A stretch of 62,741 nt of DNA, filler included. It is 14 parts of 14 records of this genome, joined end to end, with 100 filler letters (N's around TTAATTAATTAA, not from the genome) between each part and the next. Parts side by side here need not be neighbours in the genome. Positions count along the whole stretch, not along the records: positions 50,768 to 55,050 come from SRR15195285_15000; positions 55,151 to 58,651 come from SRR15195285_15012; positions 58,752 to 62,741 come from SRR15195285_15028; 11 more parts are not named here. The stretch is one strand, 5' to 3'. The position numbers and the translations under genes are program-made. This document shows, piece after piece, positions 53,056-62,741 of the stretch. Numbering within the stretch: the first letter of the stretch is position 1; each line of letters opens with the position of its first letter. Below the pieces are notes generated by a model. It was not told where the DNA came from and made no database searches. It saw nothing but the letters and a program-made list of their open reading frames with translations.

Positions 53056-54878
53056 TCACCGAGCCCAGATGGGCAAGTTTTTGGCAGCTTCGGCATCCTT
53101 CTGCAACAAGCTCGGGTCGAGAACGCGCTCGATTCGTCGGGTACTTTCTCTGGAGGACGAGCAGAAACATCCAGCAAGATTGTCAGCTCAGTGCAGAGGC
53201 AGCGCACAGCTTGACAAACAAAACAGTCAACCGAAAGGTCACGCTGACGCTGACGCTACTGCTCGAACGCACCGGATGAACATTTGCTGCTGCAGCATCA
53301 CCGCATCCAATTCCCCAAGCATCTTCTTCGCATCTTCTTTGTACGCCTCGAGCACCTCTGGCGCCATGTCCCGCGGATCGTTGTCGATCTTCTCTGCAAT
53401 TGCCAGCGCTTTCATGACTGCACGATATTTGTTGTGTTTCTTCGGTGGCATCGACTTATCGCGCCCGTACACAAAGTGCCGTAGCCGTTCCTTTGGCACC
53501 CAGGCGAAGTCTGGCTTGTCGCCGAGAAACATGCAGAGCACATGTGTCTTCGCAAATTCCTCCTTGTACAGCGCAACGATTTGCTTCATCGTTTTCGGGT
53601 CCATGCCTATTAAAGTGATCAGCTGCGCCGGCCACCACGGAAAACCGTCTGCACGAGCCCAGCAGACGTAGCCGTCTATCGGTTCGTCACCCCATTGGCG
53701 TATCACTTCCTCCAAGAGCTCGATGAGCGCATCCTCGATCTGTTCCTCAGCCTCCGTGAGGACTTCATCCTCCGACAAGTAGCCTTCGGCATCCTTATCA
53801 ACAGCCACCGAGTCAGGTTCCTGCTTTCCCTTATTCTGTCCCCGTTTCCTTTTGTTGCCTCCATCGGCCGTGCGCTGCCGTTTCGCACCGCCCGTCCCGG
53901 TGGTGCTACCCTTGGCGAACGCAGCGAAGGGGTCGTCTTCGTCGTCCGCGGTGGCACCATCGTCCTCAGCCTGCTTTCGCTTCTTCTTGTGCTCGCCAGC
54001 GGCCGACTTTTTTGCCTTTGCTGGTGCCTTTACTGCTTTGGTTGACGCAGTCAGAGCCGGCGCATTCGGATTGAAGCTGCGCGCCACTGATGTCTCTGCA
54101 GAAGACGAATCGTCGCCCTCAGGCACGAGTCGCTTCGGCGGACCAACCCGGCGCGCGGTCGGCTTCCGCAGATTTGCACCTATCAACAGGGAAGACAGTG
54201 TTAGAGTTGCCGTTGCAGCAGGATATGGCGGCAGCGTTAGGGGAGCTTATGCGTGCCGTCAGGTGGCGGGTCGAGGTCCTCACCGTCTGCGGCACCCCGT
54301 TTCCGCTTGTCTCTCAGCTCGAAGTCGTCCACCTTGGCTTTCGCGCTCGTGAGGTTTGCGAGCGGCTCCCACGTGTCCTCAGCGTTGGCGTAACCGACCC
54401 ATCTGACTTTATATTCCACGCCATCCTTGCCTTCCCGTTTGTCTATCACCCAGTCCACCTCGAAATCGGTGCCATCTCTGGCTCCTCTCGCTCTCGGAGT
54501 GAGCCCGAGGACCTGTGGAGCTTCCTCAATCTTTGCTCCGTCGCCTGCTGATGCCTGTAGCCGTGCCGGCGGGCGGACTTGTCGCTTCAGCGAGGTAGTT
54601 TCTGCCACTCCCTCCGTTTGAGCCGTGGGTGCACTGTCGCCGGCGGAAGCTTTCGCCTCCTCATCGAGCTTTGGTTCCTGCACAATTGCCGCCGCCGCCG
54701 CAGGAGCCTCCGCAACCTCGCCACCCGCACTTGCCACCGGCTCTGGTTCTGTTTCTGCCGCCGGTTTCGGCTTGCTAAGCATCAGCCGAGGCGGCGCCGC
54801 CGCCTTGGCCGGCTCTGCCTCCGCCCCTGCCCCTGCCCCTGCCGCCGGCTGCTCCTCTTGCGGCTGCGCCATCTCCAT
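53056..54878 (-). CDS. Chromodomain + PWWP chromatin reader (3 exons, ~531 aa)
   Basis: FEVDWVIDKR..YKVRWVGY..DTWEP chromodomain; CWARADGFPWWPAQL..LCMFLG..FAWV PWWP; basic NLS-like patches; introns 54180-54283 and 53150-53272 give a continuous frame. Confidence 0.88.
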
Positions 54879-55050
54879 CCTGCAGCCACGCGTCCGTCCA
54901 GGACGGTCGTCGCGGTGGTCTTTTTCTGTTGGAGGGATTATTGTGAGATGTGACGGTGCCACCCAGCAGATCATTCGAATCATCGATCCCAGTCCGCCGA
55001 CCACGCGATCCGCTGAGAGCCGATAAGGATTTCTGCGTCAGACAGTGAAT

Positions 55051-55150
55051 NNNNNNNNNNNNNNNNNNNNNNNNNNNNNNNNNNNNNNNNNNNNTTAATT
55101 AATTAANNNNNNNNNNNNNNNNNNNNNNNNNNNNNNNNNNNNNNNNNNNN
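55051..55150. other. Artificial contig spacer
   Basis: N44-TTAATTAATTAA-N44. Confidence 0.99.
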
Positions 55151-55351
55151 CCAGGCCGGTACTCTATGAGAGTGCAGGCCGGATGGGTCATCGCAGAATT
55201 CCGTTGGACTTGGAGTCAGAACAACGCGAATTTCGTGGCTCTGAGCGCCGAAGTTCGGCGGTCAGGCCGATTCTTGATCAGTATTTCTCAGTGCGTTTCC
55301 CAGGGTATTCTGTATAGTAGACTACACCGCATTGGCCGCTTGACCGTCGCC

Positions 55352-57990
55352 ATGGAGACGAGCTGCAAGGAGAAGCTCGCGAGGGGCGTCTGCGTGAGCC
55401 ATGCGGCAGCCGAGGCCGCCCCGCAGAAGGCGACGATCAGCGTGAGTTGCGGGTAGGATAGTCTCCGGCGTGGTTGTTGATGGGTTTGCAGGGAATTGGA
55501 AACGTGGCGGCGATCAATGCAATTGTTGTTGATGGGCTGACAGCGTGCGATGATGGGTTGCGGTTGCTGTGCGCGGGCATGCAGGTGTGCTCGTCATGCG
55601 CGGGGAGCCAGGTGAGAGCGCGCGATGATTCGTCCCCCCCCGCGGGTCGCCCTCTGTTTTGCACCCGCCTCACGCTCGCCACGGGAGAGGGAGACGACTG
55701 CGGGGGCGAGAGCGTGACGCTACTGCGCGCGCGCCGTACGCTTGCGTACACTGACGCACCTTGGCGCCTATTGGTGTGCGCAGGCCACACTGGCAGACCT
55801 CGAGGACCTCTGCTCGTCGGTCGGTTTGAAGGCAACCGCCAGCGGCTGCATGGGCGCGTGCGGATCCGGGTCCGTCGCTGTCGCGCGCGCTATCAGCACA
55901 GCCACCACGAACACCGCACCAGGTGTATTGTTGTACCTGGATCTTCCCCGCGCTGCCCTCTCAGAAGGCTACCCTCTCTGAAGGCTACCCTCTGACGGCT
56001 GATCGCACAGTCTTGCGCAGCAGTCTAACATTGTGTGGCGTTTCGGGACAGGCCTAACGTCATGGTGACCACCCCACCGGCACCGGTTGAGGAGGGCCAG
56101 GCTCCGAACCGAGGCACGTACAAATTGCTCACGGGCGTCTACTCGCTTGACAAATCTCTCACCGTACTCGAACAGGCGCTCGGGCAACCACCAGAGATCC
56201 CCGACGAAATCATGACGCGCACGCGTCTGCGGAGTGACGCTATGCGTCTGATGAATTCTACCCGCCTTGAAGAGATGGAGAAGGCCGAGGAGCTCTTCAC
56301 GATGGTGCGAATCACAGCCCGGCCCCGATGTCGCTCAACGCGCCCCGCTTAGCCGAGTGACAATCTCACCGCCGTACCGCCTGTGGTGCCTCTCACACAT
56401 GCCCAGGCCATCGAAAAGGAAATCGACGACCCGGGCACATTCAACCCTAATCTGTCCCCGGACGATGCGGTCGCTCAGCAGATCGAGCGCCTGCGCGAGC
56501 TTCGGATGCTGCGTGGCAATACCCGTGGATCGCAGCTCCTGTCAGACTTCGATGGCGCGATTGCAGATTTTAATGACATTATTGAAGAGGAACCGGAGTT
56601 CACGCGTGCATACATGGAAAAGGCGAAGATTCTCCGGCGTGCTCGAAAACCACAGGAGGCGCTCGACTGCTTCAAGAAGACGATGGAGCTAGGCACTACT
56701 CTTGAGCCTCCGCCGAAGGGATTCGGAATGCACAAGTATATGATCACTTGGCTCGAGCGCATAATCGATGAGCTCGAGGAGCGTCTCCTGGAGGAGGAGG
56801 CGATCGGAAGCGGCGAGTTTGGTGCCGGATCTTTTGACGAGGATGCGACCGACTCAGGCGACGGCAGTGGACGCTGGAAGGTCGAGAAGATCACTGGCTA
56901 CTCTGCCGACTCGTGCGTGTACCACCTGGTGAACAACCCACCCGCAACGCCGCACCCGTATCCCAACGATGCGTGGCATGTCAATATCCGTTTCGGCGGG
57001 ACGGTCCGCGAGTACACGCCCATCTCAGATGCGTTTGACTGGGAGCAAGGGAAACTTGACATCCTGGTCAAGACGTACACTGACGGTCAGGTCTCAAAGA
57101 AGTTCGCGATGCTACGCCAGGCATCACCTTACACCTCGGCAGAAGAGCAGCCGTGCTGGGTACTCACCTCCGCTCCAGCGCTGACACTAGCACTCCCTGG
57201 GCTGACGGAAATGAGTCCTGAAATGGTAGCGATGATGAATCCGGATGCAGAGCCGGCCGCCCCATGCTCTCACCTGGCGATGGTTGTCGGCGGGACTGGT
57301 ATCGCTCCAGCGCTGCAGATCTTGCGCGAGGTCGCCAACCCAGAGGGTGCGTTCGGCCCGTCATGTGAAGGCACGCTGCTGTACTCTAGCCACACTCCAG
57401 AGGATGTGCTATGCGTGGATGAGCTACGCGAGGTCGAGGAGCGCTCAGAAGGCCGCATCAGCGTGCGGCACACACTAACCGATTTTGAGATCGAAGGCAA
57501 GGAAGCAGCCGCTGGTGGGACCGACTATTGGCTGCCCGGCAGGCATTATCATTTCACGTCACAATGGAACCCGTATAAACCAGCATCGGGCGAGTTGTTG
57601 CTAGGCGAAGATGATGAGGCAGGACTCCGTGGACGACCTGACCAAGCCATGCTTGCGGCCGAGCTGCCGGCCCCCGGCGATGGCGTCCGTGTTGCGGTGT
57701 GTGGCCCACCAGCGATGTGGGACGATATGAAGGCCGCGTGCTTGGCGCTTGGCCACAAAGAGGAAAATCTAATAGAGCTGAAGGCTCTAAGTGACGAGCA
57801 AATGCGCGAACAAGGCCTCCTGCCGGAGGAAGTGGACAACGACAGTCTCAGCGGTGCAGTTGTGGGCACGGAAGCTGAATCTCGTGCGAGTCCAGGCATG
57901 CTGGCGAAGGCCATGGATATCGTACACGACTGGGGTGCAGAATTCGCTGCAGCGTTTGGAGCTGTCAAGGACCCATCTGCGAAGCTCTGA
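55352..57990 (+). CDS. Fusion protein: thioredoxin-like [2Fe-2S] ferredoxin + TPR + NADH-cytochrome b5 reductase-like domain, C-terminal PTS1 (5 exons, ~679 aa)
   Basis: Exons 55352-55441, 55585-55611, 55784-55869, 56052-56304, 56407-57990 (2040 nt). ISVCSSC..GCMGACGSGPNVMV; TPR DFDGAIADFNDIIEEEPEFTRAYMEKA..EALDCFKK; reductase VREYTPIS, LVKTYTDGQVS, GGTGIAP, VCGPPAM; ends SAKL. Confidence 0.8.
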
Positions 57991-58651
57991 CCGCCGGCGC
58001 TAAAATGCTGATGTGACCGAACGACGGTCAATCCTCTAGGAATATTTGATGCCTGGCAACTTGCCCACAGCCCACCTATGAGGCCTATGTTTGTGTGGAT
58101 GGATGATGCACGTTTAGGTTTGTGTAAGACTGTAAGAGATGCAGCCTCCGATCGAGCTCTAGTATCAACGAGATCTTGGCAATAAAAGTGCGCTGCACGA
58201 CTTTGCCGCGAGTTGCCACCTAGACTTTGGGCGTACCCACCGGTGACGGTGGTAGGGTTGATCTAGAGCATACATCCCTGTGTGCCCTCTATCACCCTCT
58301 TGGTGAGAACGTCAGCAAGCCTGCGCAGCATCTTCGCCTTGGCATCTGCCCCCTTCTTCACCATTCCGTAGGGCACATTACTCGAGGGTGTCTCCCCTCC
58401 CCACAAGGGCCAACTCGAAGCACTGTTCGACGCATGCACGGACTCTACGAATTCATCTTGATCACAAGCAAGCCCGACGGCTGGGCTGAGTGGAGAGGCA
58501 TGAGTTTCTTGCGATAAGGCTACTACTACTAGTCAGGTGGAGACGGAGAAGGCAGGTCCTGGTGACGAGGGACTTGAGCCGGGTGGCCTTGTGGTCCGTG
58601 CCAGTCGTCGGCTTCCACTCTAGGAGGTGCGTGCGCGATGGCCTCGCTCTC

Positions 58652-58751
58652 NNNNNNNNNNNNNNNNNNNNNNNNNNNNNNNNNNNNNNNNNNNNTTAAT
58701 TAATTAANNNNNNNNNNNNNNNNNNNNNNNNNNNNNNNNNNNNNNNNNNNN
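58652..58751. other. Artificial contig spacer
   Basis: N44-TTAATTAATTAA-N44. Confidence 0.99.
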
Positions 58752-59602
58752 CATCATCCGGCAGGCATCGTCCGTGCGCCCACCATGGCGTGGTCGGCCA
58801 GGTCGTCGGTATGTACCTGCCACGCAAACGCTCGTCCCACACGGCGTGCACCAGCCAGGTGCACGTGTCGCCAGCAACAGTGCGCCACCTCGCACCCGGC
58901 CTCCCGAGCGTAACCTGGCTGCTCCGGGGGTTTGCAGCAGCCACACGCGCAGCCAGCCGTGGACACGCATGCAGGAGGGGGGGCGCCAGCTGCAAGGGAC
59001 GGCAACCTATCGCGTGGCTCATTGCCGGTAGTACACGTACAGTAGGATCCTCTACTAGCTATGAATAGTAGTTAGTGTACAGTACACGTCGTGTCACGTG
59101 GGAGCGGGAACACGTCTGGTTCCAATTTGGGCGGACGCCACTCAATTTCTTTGCGGATGCGTAAAAAAAGTACGCCCGACATCCGTTCTCGCGAACTCCC
59201 CTCACAACACTCCCCCATTCAGCCAATAGAACGCTGACCCACATCCAGTACCATTCTCACACTGCATATTTGGCAAACCACGCGAATTCCAGTCGGTGGT
59301 TTCCCACGGTCGGGAGCGGTAAAACAAAAGTACGTTCGAAAATTTCCGCGTACACTCGGTACAGTTTCGTACTCAACTCAAATCATTTCTGAATTGAAAT
59401 ATAACATCAATGAATTTATTGTAGCCATTAGTACGGGTTTGTAAGGGTCCGTCAACACATTTCTCCGCGTACGGCGGATGAGCCATCGGAGCGGCGGGGC
59501 GGATCGGCGGCGGCTCCCTGCTCTGTTTCGTGTTTGGTCTCTGCGTTCCTGCCGTTGGTTGGGTTTGAAGCGCGGGTTGGACGCTACGGCTGGGGTGCGA
59601 GG

Positions 59603-61359
59603 ATGCCTGGACCGGAGAGCAGCGCGAAGAAGGCCGCGACGGTGGAGCGCCAGGCGGCGGCGGGGCGTGCGGATGCGCTCAAGGAGAAGAACAAGCGCAA
59701 GAAGATGAAGGCGAAGGCCTTCGCCAATGCCGCCAAGTACGAGAAGGAGTACAAGGATAAGGAGGAGCAGGAGATGCGCCTGCGCCGCCAGGCGCGCACC
59801 CTCGGCAACTTCTACGTGCCGGAGACTGCGAGGCTGCTGGCCGTGATCCGCATCCGCGGTATCAACGACATGCACCCGAAGTCGCGCAAGATCCTGCAGC
59901 TGCTCCGCCTGCGCCAGATCAACAACATGGTCTTCGTCAAGCTGACCAAGGCCACCATGAACATGATCCGCAAGGTTGAGCCGTACGTTGCCTACGGCTA
60001 CCCGTCGCTCAAGACGGTCCGCGAGGTCCTCTACAAGCGCGGCCACGGCAAGGTCAACAAGCAGCGCATCCCGCTCACCGACAACAGCATCATCGAGGGC
60101 ACCCTCGGCAAGCACGGCATCGTGTGCATGGAGGATCTGGTGCACGAGATCTACACGGTCGGCCCCAAGTTCAAGGAGGCCTCGAACTTCCTCTGGCCGG
60201 TCAAGCTGTCGAACCTCACCGGCGGCATGACCGACAAGGGCACTCACTACGTCGAGGGCGGCGAGTCCGGCCTGCGCGAGAAGTACATCAACAGCATGAT
60301 CTCCCGCATGAACGTTGGCGGCGCCAAAAAGAAGAGCAAGCGCAAGGTTGTCCACCTCAGCGGCGACGACACAGAGGGTGGCAAGAAGAAGGCTGCGCAT
60401 ACCGTCACGGTCCAGAAGGCCGAAGCGCATGTGGTTGAGCACATGCCCTGCCCCGCCACTGGCCAAACTAGTGCGTGCCTCAGCAGCTAACGACTTGGCT
60501 ATCTATACCTCAGTGAGCGAAGGGACACTCACCGCCCTTGCATTTTGCTGTCTCCCTCTGCAGCGACCGGCCACCCGAAGGAGGTCTCAAAGGCTCCGGC
60601 GCCGAAACCCATGGGTACTACCCACGCTCCAGCTGCGGTGCACGCAGCGGGCATGTCCGCTGGCCCGAAGGTTACGACCGTGAAGCCAGTCGTCCAGCAC
60701 GGCGCCTCCGTCGCAACGGCCTCCGCCACGGCGGACACTGTCAAGGCCGCCCACGACGGTGAGATCGGTAAGCGTCTGCAGCAAGTTGGCGCAGTGGTCG
60801 GTGCCATCACGTGCTCTCTGGTCTGGGACAACACCGACGTAAGATGCCTGCCATTTCTCTGCCACCAGCCATCGAGCTGGAGCTTTGTTCCGAGCTGCAC
60901 TCGTGGTTATCGGTTGCGTAATTTGGCAGGATCTCGACCTGCACTGCACCGGCCCCACTGGCTCCCACATCTTCTGGAACGACAAGAAGGGCAAGTGCGG
61001 CGGACACCTCGACGTCGACATGAACGCATCTGACAAACACGTCACTGGCTGCCCGGTTGAGAACATCTTCTGGGAGCACCCGCCCAAGGGCAAGTACAGG
61101 CTGTGGGTTGAGAACAACACGGCCCGCAACGATGGAAGCACTCCGTTTCAGGTGCGCCTGACGAAGGACGGCAAGGCCCAGGACAAAAAGTTCGACGACA
61201 TCGAAGAGTACGAGGAAATTGACATCTTCGAATGTACGAGGCAGCCGTGCTCTTTCCCTGGCGCAAGAGCCAGTCTGTCTCTGTGTCTGTGTCTGTCTTT
61301 CAAATCGTTGACGACGCGACGCGTACGTTGCTGTCTGTGTCTTTGCAGTCACTGTCTAA
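59603..61359 (+). CDS. RPL7: 60S ribosomal protein L7 (uL30) fused to a C-terminal DUF2135/YfaP-like domain (4 exons, ~485 aa)
   Basis: [76 protein letters not shown] with strong C/G-ending codon bias. No stop after RMN (60313). Introns 60471-60563, 60839-60929 and 61234-61348 give 1458 nt in frame to TAA 61357-61359. Confidence 0.9.
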
Positions 61360-61793
61360 GTGCTCAGCAGGGACTCGACAGGCTCATCATCACGCGAATT
61401 CGCGCACGCAGTAACCCATTTCCACTGGAGGAGGCGGTGGTGGCATGCTGTGTCAGTAGCCATGAATGAAATGCTGCGGGTCAAATTTGACCATTTGCGT
61501 CCGTCGCTCGAGATTCGTGGCTACGCAACGCACTGAACACGGGAAAGTATGTGGTATGCTAAGAGCCAGATCGCAGACTCACCACGAAACGAAAATCACA
61601 ACGCATATATTTTCGCACAAGTCACTAAACCGACGTGCATGGTTTTACCCGTTCCCATATCGGCCACCATGCAGGAGGTGAAAGCGGTGCTGGCAGCTAT
61701 TGCAATGCAATTTGTGACTGTACGAAGTGACCTCCTCGAAACATGTTTTGGACGAGTACTGCACGGTCGTGTTTCTCGACCTCCTGACAGCAC

Positions 61794-62261
61794 TTACCGC
61801 TCCATGCGATCCACGCCGACGTGGAGTTGCTGCTCGATGGTGACAACCTGCATCTCCAGTTGCCGCAGTGCGCACCCCGGGCAGCTGTCGCCGACAACTA
61901 CATCCTCGAAACAGCCTCCCGTTAGCCGGTGCTGCTCGCGCAGCTTGATCCGTGCCCCCCTGATGAAGACGATCGGGCAGCAGCACCAGCACCAGAATGA
62001 CGACGTGTCCTGTCCACAGCAGCTGTCTGCCCCCCCTGTGCTCTGGAGGTAATTAGCTACTGTTGCGGCCGCCTCTGGGGCGCCACAGCAGCAGCAACAA
62101 CAGTTGTAGCCAAGTCCGATCCAAAAATCGTCGAATATGCCTTGACTCCATAGCGCCTTCCCGCCCGGTGGTGCGACCTCGCCCCGCCCCGCGATCAGCA
62201 CTGGCCCCACGAGTGGCGCCTGCGCGCTGCCGTCATCTCCGCTCGTATACGCGCGCGGCAT
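61794..62261 (-). CDS. PLAC8-family (CNR/PCR-like) Cys-rich protein
   Basis: WSQGIFD, CCCCCCG, WCWCCCP, RIKLREQHRLTGGCFED, CPGCALRQ; the apparent stop lies in a GTAAGT donor, so a further small 3' exon is likely. Confidence 0.85.
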   Translation of the reverse strand: MPRAYTSGDDGSAQAPLVGPVLIAGRGEVAPPGGKALWSQGIFDDFWIGLGYNCCCCCCGAPEAAATVANYLQSTGGADSCCGQDTSSFWCWCCCPIVFIRGARIKLREQHRLTGGCFEDVVVGDSCPGCALRQLEMQVVTIEQQLHVGVDRMER

Positions 62262-62741
62262 GCAACCGGTTCACACAGCACCCAGTCGGCGGCCCACGTG
62301 CGCAGCCGCAGGAGGCAGGACGTTCACGCGTGCGGTGTACCCAACAGCTCTCTATAGTAGTCCATCGCAAGCGAGCATATGTAGTAGGCGGTCCGTCGCC
62401 GTGGGCACGCACTGGCAGCCGCCGCTCGAGGGCGCGCGATCATATCAATCAGAATCAGGAGCGCGACGCGCGCGGATGGAGCGCGCGCGCCTCCTGCATG
62501 CTGGTGGGTCTTGCATCGCCGCATCGCAGTTCGCGAGTTCGCATCGCAGAGTTTCCAGTTTCACTCTAGATCAATCAAGCGCCGGAGTCTATAGTGTGAG
62601 TGATCGGAACGGCGAGGCGCCCCGCCGACGCCCGGGGCGCCCCGCCGGGCGGGGGGGTGCTCCTGTGAGTGATTAACACCCCCTTCGCCTACTACATGAC
62701 CTGATCTGGGCTACAAAGCCGCCGTTACGTGATCCGCGACC

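Noticed and set aside
54180-54256. Possible GC-AG intron in the chromo-PWWP gene
   Set aside because: A canonical GTGAGG donor in the same phase exists at 54283, so the GC donor is unnecessary.
5619-58751. Regularly recurring TTAATTAATTAA flanked by N runs, resembling a repeat array
   Set aside because: Identical 100-nt synthetic spacer with six-frame stops; an assembly concatenation artefact, not CRISPR or a biological repeat.
58000-59030. Possible coding or transposon remnants flanking the last spacer
   Set aside because: Only short ORFs with no transposase, reverse transcriptase or other recognisable motif.
59378-60466. 362-aa antisense ORF over RPL7, and many similar antisense ORFs such as 6562-7683 and 27216-28208
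   Set aside because: Shadow ORFs caused by strong C/G-ending codon bias on the coding strand; no protein motifs.
4201-61348. Introner-like mobile introns or an alternative genetic code explaining broken ORFs
   Set aside because: The predicted introns show no evident mutual sequence similarity, and the breaks I modelled are resolved by ordinary GT-AG splicing under the standard code.

Overview
This window is not one locus. It is 14 separate contigs (about 3.2-7.2 kb each) joined by 13 identical 100-nt artificial spacers (N44-TTAATTAATTAA-N44), so neighbourhood across spacers means nothing. The DNA is GC-rich nuclear DNA of a microbial eukaryote, probably an uncultured protist bin; I cannot assign a lineage. 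Many genes are split by short GT-AG spliceosomal introns (about 50-180 nt), which I placed by restoring reading frame and conserved motifs. Recognisable genes: an ankyrin-like repeat protein, an EEF1AKMT4-like methyltransferase, an SH3-bearing membrane protein, a GH67 alpha-glucuronidase, an arylsulfatase, a GH30 hydrolase, a 4-domain voltage-gated cation channel, an XK-family membrane protein, a SPRY-domain protein fragment, two EF-hand proteins, a PhyH dioxygenase, a chromo+PWWP reader, a cytochrome-b5-reductase fusion, ribosomal protein L7 (uL30) and a PLAC8 protein. Most unusual: (1) RPL7 reads through without a stop into a linker and a DUF2135/YfaP-like domain; (2) a thioredoxin-like [2Fe-2S]-TPR-flavin reductase fusion ending in PTS1; (3) a channel with a D/E/E/H selectivity filter and a fused C2 domain; (4) an unnamed CG-1/NAC-like domain shared by two unlinked proteins; (5) Cys-rich modules inserted inside three carbohydrate-active enzymes. 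I recognised no rRNA, tRNA, CRISPR array or intact transposon. All domain calls are motif recognition by eye, not database hits.
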